Positions 1 through 10,649 of a DNA stretch of 64,000 nt are shown one piece after another (the first letter of the stretch is position 1; every line of letters begins with the position of its first letter). The stretch is from a virus (taxonomy: Duplodnaviria; Caudoviricetes), in IMG/VR virus record IMGVR_UViG_3300036791_000703, positions 2,021 through 66,020 of that record. One strand, written 5' to 3'. Both the position numbers and the translations under genes were made by a program. The notes beneath the pieces were generated by a model, which saw nothing but the letters and a program-made list of their open reading frames with translations, was not told where the DNA came from and searched no databases.

Positions 1-757
1 CGGTTGCGCGGGAGCTGGCGCGTCAGTCTGATCCAGCGAACTTTCATCGTGCCGAAGCCGTTCTTATTGAAGCTGTGCTGGGTTTGAAATAACCGGGGAA
101 GCCATGACCGATCCCGATCAAGCAACCGGCTCCGTCGAGGTGGTGCAGCCGCCCGAGCAGCAGCCTGCACCGCAGCCATCGTCGACGTTCCAGAAGCCGG
201 CGCCGTCGGCCATGGCAGCGGCCACAGCTACGACCGTTACCGACACTCACGAGCCGTTCGTGCAGCTTACCTCGATGGGCAGCACGCTCTACGCGCTCGA
301 TCGCGGCGGTCGGGTGTGGGAGATGGAAACGACGGCGGCGATGGTCACTCGCAAGTGGCATCCGCTGCCGACCGAGCGGTGGCGTCCGCTGCCGACCGAT
401 CGAGAACAGACATGATGAAGCGTGCCCTCCTGTATTTCGTCTATGCGCTTACTGCCGTGATCTGGTTCGCGATCATCAGTCCGTGGTTTCAGTGAAGCGA
501 CTTACCGCGTGGTGCTACGGCTACCACGGATGCGGAATGTGTGACGGAGCGTGTGAGGTGATGTCGATTGGCCCTGGCAAGTACGACATGCTGTGCACCA
601 TCGTTCGCGAGAGTGCCAAGGCAGAGGCTGTGGTCGTTATGGTGTTCAACGGCAATAATGGCAGCGGCTTCAGCGTTCAGGGGCCGTTGGAATTCTCGAC
701 CTCGCTGCCGCGTGCGCTTCGCGCGATGGCGGACGAGATCGACCGAGACCTTGAGAC

Positions 758-1012
758 ATGAGCAAGAACGCGCGCACCGTCATGGGTCTGGTTGGTCCAC
801 TGTGCCGTCGGTGTGGGATCGCCATGCAGGTTCGCGAGCACAAGACGGTGACCGAGAAGATGCTGCGCCAGTCGTACTACTTTTCGCGCTGGTACCGTTG
901 CGGGAACGAGAAGTGCGTGACAGGCGAGGTGGTGGTCGAGCAATTCAAGGTGTACGTGCGCCAGCCGGAGCTGCTGGTGTTGTTGAGCGAGCGTGGTGTT
1001 CTACCGATCTGA
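758..1012 (+). CDS. Zn-ribbon hypothetical protein
   Basis: CRRC and CGNEKC motifs; ATGA coupling to the upstream ORF. Confidence 0.6.
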   Translation: MSKNARTVMGLVGPLCRRCGIAMQVREHKTVTEKMLRQSYYFSRWYRCGNEKCVTGEVVVEQFKVYVRQPELLVLLSERGVLPI

Positions 1013-1487
1013 AAAGGGGAAGGCGATGAACGACGAGATGCACAGTAAGGACGAAGAGGTTGCGATCCTCGCAGTGATGCAGACGCCGGAATTTCAGAAG
1101 ATTCAGACCGACTTCGCGCGCCATCGGTTTCTCAAGCTCGCCTCCGCCTATTGGGACCTCGGGGCGAAAGAGAAGCGCACGCGCAAGCCACGAGCGGTGG
1201 TGACACCGATCCAGCAGAAGGCGTAGCCGAGGTCAGCCGATGTTCTTCACCGTTCTGGCCTTCGGGTTATGTGCGGTGTTTCAAGAGCCTGATGCAGTTC
1301 TGATCGGCCGCATGGTTGGCAACAATGGTTGCGTGTTGCAGCTCCTGATCGTCGACACCGAAGGCAACGATACCGAGATGGTGCTCATCGGCGCGCAAAC
1401 CCACCGCTATCGCGTATCGATCATGCCGACCTACGCGCTGGTCGTGGTCGACGGGCAAGAGTTCAAAGTGCCGCGAGAGAAGACGCT

Positions 1488-1766
1488 GTGAGCAAGAAGC
1501 GCGAGGGATTCCATTCGATCGGCGAGACGCAACGGACAGCGCCATGCCCGTGCCTCAACTGCGGCAAGCTGCTCGATAGTGCGACGGGGATAAACGATGC
1601 CAACGCTGTGGCGCCGGGCTGCATCACCATCTGTTTTAGTTGCGGGCACGTCATGGCGTTCGACGACAACCTGATGTTTCGTGAATTGACCGATGAAGAG
1701 GTGATCGAGGTCGCCGGTGATCCACGCCTCGTCGAATTCAGCAAGCTACGCGCTCGGTACAAGTAA
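1488..1766 (+). CDS. Zn-ribbon hypothetical protein
   Basis: CLNCG and CFSCG motifs; GTG start overlaps the upstream TGA. Confidence 0.65.
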   Translation: MSKKREGFHSIGETQRTAPCPCLNCGKLLDSATGINDANAVAPGCITICFSCGHVMAFDDNLMFRELTDEEVIEVAGDPRLVEFSKLRARYK

Positions 1767-2959
1767 TGAACGAGACCAACAAACTGACGTGGAAGACCGC
1801 GCCGATCTCCGACAAGCTCTGTGCCGACACCGGCGGGCTCGGGCGCTTCATGATTCATCCGCGTGGCGATGGCCGCTTCGAGCTGTGCCTCAACACGTTC
1901 CGTGTCGGTGTGTTCGCCAGCATCGAGGCCGCCAAGGATCGCGCCGAGGTCAGCTTCGCTGCACTGATGCCAGTTGCGGAGGGCGAGGTGTGAGCAGCCC
2001 TGACGACGCGCGGCGCATCATCAACAAGGTGATCGACCAGCTTCAAGAGGACGGCGAGAACGATCCCGGTGACGTGATCCCTGCGCTGATCGTGGTTGCG
2101 ATTAAAGTCGGAGTACAGACTGGTGTGCCTGTTGAGCGTTTCCATACGCTGGTGCAGCGGGTGTACGAGGACGAATTGGAAATACACAAGGCGCGCTCGC
2201 AATGAAGCTCGAAATCCTCATCACCAAGGATCAGGTCACCATCGAAGGTCAGGTGGTGAAGCGGCCGGCATGGTATCCGCCGTCGGCGTGGGTTGATTTC
2301 TGGGAGAGGGCGACGAGGTCGCGGAGGGAGCGAGTATCCCACGACGACGATTATTGAAGATGAAACCGGGCGACACCGTCAGGCTCACCAAGCCATTCGA
2401 GATCAAGCCCGGCCAACACAGCTATGGCGAACTGCCTGCCGGTGCACCGGTCAAGCTGATCGAGCTGCGCCAGCATTATGCGGTGGTGCAGATGTTCACC
2501 TTGCGCAAGGTCAGGTTCGACATTCCTCTCGATCACATCGAGGCGATACCGACATGAGCGACACGAAGCCGTCGGAGTCACGTGACGGTCGGATCGGCCG
2601 CCAGCCAGAGAACGTCGTGCTGCCCAAGCTGCTGCGCGCGATGGCCAAGGGCACCAATCAGATCGAGGCCGGCACCGATAAGCTGTTGCTGCAGGCTGCT
2701 GCCGAGCTGGACGAGGCATGGGACAGCATCATCGAAGGCACGAAATTGATCGCGCGTGCTGCCGATGCGCTCGATACGCCGCGCAGGGCCACCTCGATTA
2801 ATCTCGCGCACTGCTCGAACCCGGATTGCCTGCTGGCGCACATCGCGCTGCTCAATGATGACGACGAGATCATCGCCACCGCAGTGATCGATGGGGATGC
2901 GGTGCGCGAGATCAACAATTGGTTGGATTGGTTAGCTCGGACAAAGAAGGAGTGAGGCA

Positions 2960-3277
2960 ATGGCCAAGGCAGCGGTTCTCGTTAAAGACACCGACGGCAA
3001 GCAGCACATCATCGTGGTGTCGAGCATCACTGGCGTTGAGTTCGATCCCGGCAAGCCGGCGAAGAAGGCAGAGCCTGCGGTCGAGGCGGTCGAGGGTGAT
3101 CCTGGCGAGCCGGCCGATGGCGCTAATCCCGGTCGGCCGCCGAAGCCAGCCGTCGAGGCCAAGGAGGAAGTCCCGGCCGAACCCGGCGAGCCGCCGACCT
3201 GCACGATCGCCTATGGCGGCGGTACAGCAAAGGTCAACATGAAGGCCGTCGACCTCGTCGACCTGCTCAACGGATGA
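2960..3277 (+). CDS. Hypothetical protein with Pro/Ala/Glu low-complexity insert
   Basis: AAGGAG RBS; PAVEAVEG/PAVEAKEE repeats between folded-looking ends. Confidence 0.7.
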   Translation: MAKAAVLVKDTDGKQHIIVVSSITGVEFDPGKPAKKAEPAVEAVEGDPGEPADGANPGRPPKPAVEAKEEVPAEPGEPPTCTIAYGGGTAKVNMKAVDLVDLLNG

Positions 3278-3818
3278 CGCGCCGTTCCACCATCGATCCG
3301 CGATTAGCCAAAGCGATCGAGCGGTGGTGGGACGAGAGCTATGACCCGGCCGATCTCGCCGGCTCGCTGGTTCGCACGCTGGCGATGAATGGTTTTGCGA
3401 TCCTCTACGAACGTGAGCGCCGCCGCGATCGTCCTGCAGACGTGCTCGATGCGCTGATTGCGCAGCGCCGCGGTTTCGAGGTCGATGATCCGGAATAGGA
3501 GACTCAGATGGCAGCGTTGGACGATTGTGTTTCCGAATTGCAAGCTCTGTCGGCGGCGATCAGCATGAACGCTGCCGATCCGACGACGGTCGATCTCGCC
3601 GCCAAACTCAAGGTCGAAGTCGAGAAGCTCGCCGGTCTGGTCAGCGGTGGCAATCAGGCAAACACCTCATACCCTACGGACGAGGGTCCATCGACCTGAC
3701 GGTCGATGGCATGAGACCGTCGCCCAACTGGCGGTCATCGGCGTTTGTGCGCATGCAGTGGGTGATCGTCATCGCCTCGATCGTTGGTCTTCTATTGGTG
3801 TTGCTGCGGCGGTGAGCT

Positions 3819-5312
3819 GTGAATATCGATGTCCCAACCGAGCAGCTCGATCTATCGGATCGTTGCTGGCTCAATGGTCAGCTCGAAGCTTACACAGTCA
3901 GCGAGCCCATGTTCGCACGTCGGTCGTTCGCCCGCTATCGGCGGGTGATGCGTCCGAACATGCTGTGGGGTCGCTTCCCGCTCGAAGTGTCGAGGGCGCT
4001 GCAGTTTTTCTATCGTGACCTGATCGTCGGCAGGCGACCCAAGCTGGCGATCATGGCGCCGCCGCAGCACGGCAAGTCTCTCGCAGCAGAGGACTTTGTG
4101 TCGTGGTTGGCAGGCAAGGCACCGCATCTCAAGACGATCTATGCCTCCCATAGTGATGAGCTTGGGGTGCGGTGCAATCTCGGCGTTCAGCGCACCATGC
4201 GCTCGCCGCGCTATCAGTCGGTGTTCGAGACGACGATCGGCGACAAGGGCTTCCAGTGCAACACCGACATCGTCGAGTACGGCGGCTATGGCGGGTCCTT
4301 TCGGAACGTGACGGTGAACGGCTCGATCAATGGCATGGAGCTACATCTCGGCGTAATTGACGATCCGGTGAAGGGTCGTGCCGAGGCCAACTCGCCGGAG
4401 CTGCGCAAGAAGATTTGGAATTGGTACACCGACGACTTTCGTCCGCGCTTCGCTGCCAACAGCGGCATGCTTTGGATCATGACGAGATGGCACTTGGATG
4501 ATCCGCTTGGTCGCGCGATCGAGAAGGAAGGTGACATCAAGGTTCTCAAGTTCAAAGCCATCGCCGACAAGGATGAGCCCGGCCGCCGCTGGAAGGGTTG
4601 CCCGCTATTCCCCGCGTTCAAGCCGCTCGATTTCCTCGAAGCGCAAAGGCGCCTGATGTCGGCGGCCTCGTGGGAAGCCGAGTATCAGCAAGAGCCGTAT
4701 CTCGCCGGTGGCGGGATGTTTCCGATCGAGAAGCTCAAGGTCATTTCGGTGTTCGATCGTCATGAGATCGTCCGCTCGGTGCTCTCGGTCGACAAGGCTG
4801 GCACCCAGGATGGCGACGGCGCCCGCACCGCGATCGTGTTCATGCACCTGATGAAGAACAACTCGATCCTGATCGAGAGCGTCACCACCGGCCGTTGGGA
4901 AGCGCGCGAGCGCGAGGACATCATCAAGAAGGTCGCCGAAGTGTGCCGCTCGTCGCTTGCCGGCTTCTGCTACGACTTCGAGGTGGTGGTCGAGCAAGAG
5001 CCGGGATCGGGCGGCAAGGAGTCGGCCGAGGCGACGATCCGTAACCTGATGGGCTTCACCACCAAGGCGGTGAAGCCAGGAGCGCGGCAATCGAAGACGG
5101 TGCGCGCCGAGCCGTTCGCAGCGCAAGTGCAGGGCAACAACGTGTGGCTGGTCGCTGGCCGTTGGATACAGGACTTTCTCGAAGAGCTGGAGCCGTGGCC
5201 GTTCGGTCGAACGCTTGACCAGGGCGATGCCGCAGCGCAAGGTTTCAATCACCTGTGCGGCGGTCCAGCGTACGACCATCAATTCCGCGGGTGGCAGCCG
5301 GGGGCACCATGA
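3819..5312 (+). CDS. terL: Terminase large subunit
   Basis: Walker A MAPPQHGKS, Walker B GVIDDP, MTRWHLDD coupling motif, YQQEP, RNase H-like nuclease acidic residues (SVDKAG, EQEPGSGGK, DQGDA). Confidence 0.95.
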   Translation: MNIDVPTEQLDLSDRCWLNGQLEAYTVSEPMFARRSFARYRRVMRPNMLWGRFPLEVSRALQFFYRDLIVGRRPKLAIMAPPQHGKSLAAEDFVSWLAGKAPHLKTIYASHSDELGVRCNLGVQRTMRSPRYQSVFETTIGDKGFQCNTDIVEYGGYGGSFRNVTVNGSINGMELHLGVIDDPVKGRAEANSPELRKKIWNWYTDDFRPRFAANSGMLWIMTRWHLDDPLGRAIEKEGDIKVLKFKAIADKDEPGRRWKGCPLFPAFKPLDFLEAQRRLMSAASWEAEYQQEPYLAGGGMFPIEKLKVISVFDRHEIVRSVLSVDKAGTQDGDGARTAIVFMHLMKNNSILIESVTTGRWEAREREDIIKKVAEVCRSSLAGFCYDFEVVVEQEPGSGGKESAEATIRNLMGFTTKAVKPGARQSKTVRAEPFAAQVQGNNVWLVAGRWIQDFLEELEPWPFGRTLDQGDAAAQGFNHLCGGPAYDHQFRGWQPGAP

Positions 5313-5563
5313 CGACACGGCGTAATTTTCTCAAGCTGGTCAGCTCAGCAGCGGTCGTTGCGACGTTGCCGCGCGGTATCGGCAAGTTCACCGTCATCGA
5401 CAGTCTCGATACGCAATTCTTCGGTCGTCCGATGCAGTTCATCGCTGATGGATGTCCGATGCCGGAAGGGCTCCTCGAAGGCGTCACCTACTACGTGACG
5501 GGGATCGGTCCCAACAGCTATTCCATCAAAGATGGTCTCACCATCGAGGGCGTCTTCTACTAA
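5309..5563 (+). CDS. Small protein with twin-arginine (Tat)-like signal
   Basis: MTTRRNFLKLVSSAAVVATLP matches the Tat consensus (S/T)RRxFLK; ATGA overlap with the terL stop. Confidence 0.65.
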   Translation: MTTRRNFLKLVSSAAVVATLPRGIGKFTVIDSLDTQFFGRPMQFIADGCPMPEGLLEGVTYYVTGIGPNSYSIKDGLTIEGVFY

Positions 5564-5595
5564 AAAAAAAGGTCCAGCGTTGGCGTGCCGGACCT
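5562..5595 (-). terminator. Intrinsic terminator, minus strand
   Basis: AGGTCC/GGACCT stem preceded on + by A9, i.e. U9 after the hairpin on the minus strand. Confidence 0.6.
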
Positions 5596-5693
5596 CTTGG
5601 TAGTCAAACGTGGGTCTGCCGACAGGTGGGTACATTCTGTCGACGGGCGCGATACAATCCGGTGACTGCGGTGCAATTATGTCGGGGGTTGTC

Positions 5694-5858
5694 GTGAAAG
5701 AGCGCTTTTGCCCGAAGTGCGGTCATTCGATGGAATACCATCAAGAGGATTACGACACTGGCATTATTGCCGGGTGGTCGTGCGATGGATGCGGCCACAC
5801 CGAGCGTGATGATTTCGATGATGACGATCTCACCGAACCGCCCCGTAGCGAGCGATGA
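5694..5858 (+). CDS. Small Zn-ribbon protein
   Basis: CPKCG and CDGCG motifs; start position uncertain. Confidence 0.6.
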   Translation: MKERFCPKCGHSMEYHQEDYDTGIIAGWSCDGCGHTERDDFDDDDLTEPPRSER

Positions 5859-6040
5859 GCGAGCAGCTGTCAGCGTCGGTCGGCATCGCCAGTCATGATG
5901 GCGTGCATTGGCACATCATGCTGACCTACAGCGACGGTGATGTCCTGCTCAGTGTCGCGACGTACACCGACAGGGCTGAGGCCGAAGCCGCGGCAAGGAC
6001 CTGGGCGCTGGAAAACTGCGTCCTCCCCACCAAGCAGTAA
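5855..6040 (+). CDS. Hypothetical protein
   Basis: ATGA-coupled ORF with typical codon usage. Confidence 0.6.
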   Translation: MSEQLSASVGIASHDGVHWHIMLTYSDGDVLLSVATYTDRAEAEAAARTWALENCVLPTKQ

Positions 6041-6045
6041 AATCC

Positions 6046-6381
6046 ATGGACCCGCTTGATGACTGGAAGCCGCCTGATCAGCGGTCGCCCGACGGCGCGA
6101 TCAGGTTCGACAACTGGCTGCTGATCCACAACGCGATCAACGCCTCCCTCGTGTCGCTCGGCGAACAGCCGTTCGAAACCATTCCGACCGACCTGTGGAA
6201 TCTCGTCGGCGTCGCAGTGGACGCCGCGCTGTGGGCGGAGCGCGTGAGCTGCATCGACTGCCGCACGCGGCTGTGGCCGCGTGACGTGATCCGCTGTCTC
6301 GATTGCAAGGCAACGCTGTGCGTCAACTGCGCGCCGCTGCACTTCCGATCGTTCGGTCGCGGTCATCTGCCGGAGACGTGA
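6046..6381 (+). CDS. Cys/His-rich (Zn-binding) hypothetical protein
   Basis: CxxC...CxxC...CxxCxxxH pattern at the C-terminus. Confidence 0.6.
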   Translation: MDPLDDWKPPDQRSPDGAIRFDNWLLIHNAINASLVSLGEQPFETIPTDLWNLVGVAVDAALWAERVSCIDCRTRLWPRDVIRCLDCKATLCVNCAPLHFRSFGRGHLPET

Positions 6382-6403
6382 TTCTGAGAAGGGAGACTGC
6401 CCG

Positions 6404-9400
6404 GTGACTGTCCTCAGATACGCCATCATCGATCCAAGCTTTGATGGTTCTACGTTCGCCGGGCAGACCGTCTATCCCTACAACAACATCCCCACCGTCA
6501 CGCTCGATACCGTGCAGGCGCAAGCCTATCTCGATGTCGGCACCATCGTGCCGCTCAATCAATGGATTTGGCTACGCTACTGGCTGCCGGGGGCGGTGGG
6601 TCCTGTCGGGCCGCCGGGACCGGCCGGCACGAACGGGTTTCCGGGGCCGCAGGGTCAACCGGGCATCCCGGGAATCCAAGGTCCTGCGGGATCGACCGGG
6701 GCAACGGGGCTCGCTGGCCCGCCCGGTCCTCCTGGCGGCCCTCCTGGCCCTCCTGGCGTTGACGGCCCGGTTGGCGCTACCGGCCCTGCTGGGCCAGCTG
6801 GCGCAGCTGGCGCGGCCGGTCCTACGGGCTCCGCCGGCCCGGCTGGTCCCGCTGGTCCCGCTGGCCCTCCTGGCTCCGGGTCGCAAGGTCCGATCGGTCC
6901 TGCCGGTCCCGCCGGTCCGCAGGGCGCTATCGGCCCAGCTGGTCCGGTCGGTGCGTCGGGCTCGGGCTGGACCAACATCAACGACATCCTGTCGACGCCG
7001 TTGGTCAGCGGTGAGACGCCCGACACCAAGTCAGGCAACGTGGCCGCACTCTATACGTTCGGGCAGAACCTCGGCGCCAAGGGGATCGCGCCGGAGATGC
7101 CGATTCCGATCATCATGACGGTCGGCAACCCGACGCTCATACAGGTCGATGTCAACAACACGCTCGGTTCGAACAGTGGTTTGACCCTCACCTCGGCGGT
7201 GCACTTCTTCAAACCCAATCAGCCGTTCTACCTCGTCGGGTCGGCCGGTGCGGTGCTGCCGAGCGGCGTTCAATTCAACACGATGTACTACATCACGTCG
7301 GCCAATCTGCTGGCGACGACATTCAGTTTCTCGACGACGAACAACCATGGCAGCACCGGCCTCGGTGGTGCGGCTTACTGGACGGCCGAAGGTGCGCCGG
7401 TCAACACGACAGGCGCGGTCAGCGGTCAGATTTGGATGGTGCTGTGCAATCGGGATGTGAACATCTTCATCCCGCAAGGTTCTTATCTGGGCGGCCGGTA
7501 CGGCGACAACACCGTTCCAAATCTGGCGCTGACGCCGAACGGTGTGTCGCGCATTCGGTACTGGGCTTATGGCGCCATATTCGACACCAAGGTCAGCCTT
7601 GGCACGAACGCGCAAGGGGCCATGCAGGACGCCAAGACGTGGGCGTCGAACACGATCTACGATCTGGTCAACACCACGCCGACCGAATCGAACGTGGCGG
7701 GGCTCGATGCGATCGTGCGGATGCAGACGCCGGCGAACGCCGCCAACTATTACATCGGCGCCTGGGTCACGTTCCTCGCTGGCGATCTGCAGAACGTCTA
7801 CGGCAAGCTCAACTCCGGTCCGCCGAACAATCAGTTTCAGGAGTTCAAGCGGATCAAGGCGATCAACTACTCGACCGGCGACATCACCTTCGACGGGCCG
7901 TTGAAGTGGGTCTACCTGTCGACCCTTCCGCAGCTGTACAACGCGCCGGGTAAAATCTGCGGCGGTTGCGCGCTGATGGCGCTGATGCATCCATCGTGGG
8001 ACGTTGACGTTGAGATTCGCGGCGGGCGGTGGATCGGTCAATCGACCGTGCAGAACGCGCGACGCTTCAAGCTGATCGACGCGGTATTTCAAGGTTTCGG
8101 CAATTCGCCCAGTCATGCGGCGCCGAGTGTTGCTCAGTCGTACGACTACGAGAATTGTACGTTCGGTCCCAGCAACTCGTCTGGGGTCGAGTACATGGAA
8201 GTCGACAAGATGCTGGAAGCTCTCAGCATCGACAATTGTCGAACCTCGAATCAATACTCGATCGCGTTCTTCAGTCCGTCGGTACAGATCGCCAGGATCA
8301 ACAAGTTCATCGGCGCCCATATCTCCGGTTCGCCGCGCGCGCTCAATCTGACGAATTCCATCGTTCAGGATTTCAAGGTCGGGCCGTTCATCGGCGTGAC
8401 CGATGTCTGCAACGTGCAGAACAATCACTTCAGATATTTCGACATGAACGGGCGCAACGACGACGCGCCCTATCTGCGTCCGGAGAGCACGCCCGGCGCC
8501 GGCAACGGCAACGACATGACGCTGCTGGCCAACTGGTCATTCAACGGTGGGACGCTGACGCGAAACATCGCGAATGGCAGTCCCGGCTACGGTCAGGCGA
8601 TGTGCGCCGAGATGATCGGTGCCAAATATTATATGACCGACGCCGCTAATCAGTATAAATATTTTCAGAACATGGGTTCGCCGTTCACCATCTTGAACAT
8701 GAAGATGGACGGCAGCGGCAACTTCTCGATGGACACGTCGCTGCAGGCGATCCCGGGTCGCCAGACCTCGGCGGTCGTCACCATCGACTTGACGGCCATG
8801 GTGACGTGGCCCGGACATAACCTGCCTGCCGGCACGCCGTTGGTGCTCACCACCACCGGCGCAATGCTCACCGGGTTGAAGGCCAGCACGATCTATTGGC
8901 TGATCAATCCGACCGCCAGCACTTTCCAGCTGTCGGCGACGGTCGGTGGCTCGCCGATCGCGGTGTCGGGGACGCAGAGCGGCATCCAGACCTGCTACGC
9001 CAATCCGCTGATGTTCAGGCCGCATCCATGCGGCAGCTTCACCGCCATGAGCAATCAGGGTTGCGCCTCGATCATCGACCACAACGGCGCCATCGACGAG
9101 CCGTTGTTCTCGCGGCTGAAGCGAGGGTTCGTCGGCAGGCAGACGAGTTACAATCCGGCGGGAATGCAGGCGCCCCAAGGGAAGCTGTGGGGCTACCTGA
9201 AGAACATGATCATCAACGTCGATCAGCCGGCGACGGCGGGGACGCTGAACATCAACGTCATCGGTTTTACCCAGCCCAATCTTCTGCTCAGCGTGTTCTC
9301 GCAGACCATCGACATCACTAAGCGCGGCATCCGCACCATCGGCAGCACCGGCGTGACCGGACTGCAGGGCGCCGACGCGCTGGTCGCCTACCCCGATTGG

Positions 9401-9601
9401 CTCAGCGGCATGGTGACTTTCACCTGGACCGGTCAGCCGACCGCCATGGTCAACAGCGCGGCGATCCAGCTGGAAGCGTACAGCGATCAGGGCATCACCA
9501 AGTTCGGCAACATGATGGGTGCACCGCCAGAAGGCACCAATGGCTACACGTGGCAGTACGCCCACGACGGCGTCATCCAGTCTTACGAAGCGCTACCCTA
9601 G
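6404..9601 (+). CDS. Collagen-like fibre/spike protein (1065 aa) with probable beta-helix body
   Basis: GGGAG RBS and GTG start; about 40 Gly-X-Y triplets, then a beta-rich body paralogous to 27836-31462. Confidence 0.85.
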   Translation: MTVLRYAIIDPSFDGSTFAGQTVYPYNNIPTVTLDTVQAQAYLDVGTIVPLNQWIWLRYWLPGAVGPVGPPGPAGTNGFPGPQGQPGIPGIQGPAGSTGATGLAGPPGPPGGPPGPPGVDGPVGATGPAGPAGAAGAAGPTGSAGPAGPAGPAGPPGSGSQGPIGPAGPAGPQGAIGPAGPVGASGSGWTNINDILSTPLVSGETPDTKSGNVAALYTFGQNLGAKGIAPEMPIPIIMTVGNPTLIQVDVNNTLGSNSGLTLTSAVHFFKPNQPFYLVGSAGAVLPSGVQFNTMYYITSANLLATTFSFSTTNNHGSTGLGGAAYWTAEGAPVNTTGAVSGQIWMVLCNRDVNIFIPQGSYLGGRYGDNTVPNLALTPNGVSRIRYWAYGAIFDTKVSLGTNAQGAMQDAKTWASNTIYDLVNTTPTESNVAGLDAIVRMQTPANAANYYIGAWVTFLAGDLQNVYGKLNSGPPNNQFQEFKRIKAINYSTGDITFDGPLKWVYLSTLPQLYNAPGKICGGCALMALMHPSWDVDVEIRGGRWIGQSTVQNARRFKLIDAVFQGFGNSPSHAAPSVAQSYDYENCTFGPSNSSGVEYMEVDKMLEALSIDNCRTSNQYSIAFFSPSVQIARINKFIGAHISGSPRALNLTNSIVQDFKVGPFIGVTDVCNVQNNHFRYFDMNGRNDDAPYLRPESTPGAGNGNDMTLLANWSFNGGTLTRNIANGSPGYGQAMCAEMIGAKYYMTDAANQYKYFQNMGSPFTILNMKMDGSGNFSMDTSLQAIPGRQTSAVVTIDLTAMVTWPGHNLPAGTPLVLTTTGAMLTGLKASTIYWLINPTASTFQLSATVGGSPIAVSGTQSGIQTCYANPLMFRPHPCGSFTAMSNQGCASIIDHNGAIDEPLFSRLKRGFVGRQTSYNPAGMQAPQGKLWGYLKNMIINVDQPATAGTLNINVIGFTQPNLLLSVFSQTIDITKRGIRTIGSTGVTGLQGADALVAYPDWLSGMVTFTWTGQPTAMVNSAAIQLEAYSDQGITKFGNMMGAPPEGTNGYTWQYAHDGVIQSYEALP
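6590..6967 (+). repeat. Collagen (Gly-X-Y)n coding repeat
   Basis: About 40 GXY triplets with two short interruptions. Confidence 0.9.
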
Positions 9602-9605
9602 TTAA

Positions 9606-9680
9606 GGGCACGGCCGCGCAGCCGTGCGTTTCCTCCCTGACTTGGCGCCGATAACCGGCCAATCTGTCGGCGCCCTTTTT
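9606..9680 (+). ncRNA. SuhB/MmgR (alpha-r8)-like small RNA
   Basis: Hairpin GCACGGC/GCCGTGC (9608-9627), single-stranded TTTCCTCCCT (9629-9638), then GGCGCCGA/TCGGCGCC hairpin plus T-tract. This is the MmgR-type architecture with its anti-SD decamer. Confidence 0.7.
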
Positions 9681-9696
9681 CCTGACGGAGGAACGC

Positions 9697-10599
9697 ATGA
9701 GCCTCGCCTTTGACGCAGCCCGCCGCTCGGTTGATCCGACCGGCACCTCGAAACTGCGCGGCAAATTTCGAAGCGATCTGCAGCTGCGGTTACGCATGCT
9801 GAGAGCCCAGATGCGGGTCGCGATAGTGGAGCATGATGTTCTTGCGTTGGGTCGCGGCGGCATCATGTCTTACCACCCGCCGGACGTACGCCTGCGCGCA
9901 TTCACGCATTGGCTTGAGGTCGCCGTCGCGAGCCTCGTCGCCGGGCATTGGGTGCGCGAGTACATCGTGCGTGCGTGCGAAGCTGGTGTGGCGGCAGCGG
10001 TGAAGGAGCTGGGGCTAACCATCACCGTTGCCGCCCATCAGGCAAACAACTTGCTCGAAGAGCAGACGGTGAACGAGATCGCTGGCATCGGTGACGCGGT
10101 GATCCAGCAGGTCACCCGCTGCGCCATGGTGGTGATCCGTCGCGGCATGAAGGCGCCGAAAGCCTACGGGTTGCTGGCGTCGACGTTCGATAAGGTGGCG
10201 CTGTCGCGCACCAAGGCGCTGGCCGACATCGCGGTGGTGACCGCGTTCAACCATGCTAAGCTCGACACCTACGAGGCAGCCGGCATAACGGAGGTTGGAG
10301 TTGACCCAGAAATTCATCCAGGGACCGTACGGCCCCATACCGGTGACGCAGCCCGGAAATTCAACCGTACGACTGTCAGGCGGCGCGGTGCTTGGTCAAA
10401 GGCCAAGGCAGTTGGTGTCCGTACAGCCGGGGACCAAAAAGTTTGCATCTTCTGCGAAGAGATCGCCGAAGGCGCTCCCTACACGACCGATGAGGCGCGG
10501 GAGCTGATCCCAGCTCACCCACATTGCAGATGCAGTTTCTTTCCGTGGTACGACAAACGCTTTCGTCGTGACAGTTCATTGGCTGGCGGGCTGTCATGA
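9697..10599 (+). CDS. Head morphogenesis protein (MuF / SPP1 gp7 family)
   Basis: C-terminal TAGDQKVCIFC...IPAHPHCRC motif; GGAGG RBS. Confidence 0.85.
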   Translation: MSLAFDAARRSVDPTGTSKLRGKFRSDLQLRLRMLRAQMRVAIVEHDVLALGRGGIMSYHPPDVRLRAFTHWLEVAVASLVAGHWVREYIVRACEAGVAAAVKELGLTITVAAHQANNLLEEQTVNEIAGIGDAVIQQVTRCAMVVIRRGMKAPKAYGLLASTFDKVALSRTKALADIAVVTAFNHAKLDTYEAAGITEVGVDPEIHPGTVRPHTGDAARKFNRTTVRRRGAWSKAKAVGVRTAGDQKVCIFCEEIAEGAPYTTDEARELIPAHPHCRCSFFPWYDKRFRRDSSLAGGLS

Positions 10600-10649
10600 T
10601 CCGGGTGTAATGAGAGCCTGCCGACAATTGGTGAACAGGGAGAAAACAA

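Larger units (their letters stand above)
104..3815 (+). other. Cluster of about 18 small, tightly packed phage hypothetical genes (e.g. 104-415, 412-495, 561-761, 758-1012, 1026-1226, 1240-1491, 1488-1766, 1766-1993, 1990-2205, 2202-2357, 2360-2557, 2554-2955, 2960-3277, 3274-3498, 3508-3699)
   Basis: Chain of short ORFs joined by ATGA/GTGA/TAATG stop-start overlaps with GC3-rich codons, typical of a phage accessory region. No family recognised for most. Confidence 0.7.

Noticed and set aside
6655-7038. Collagen-like ORF on the minus strand
   Set aside because: Antisense mirror of GGN-CCN codons in the real collagen repeat.
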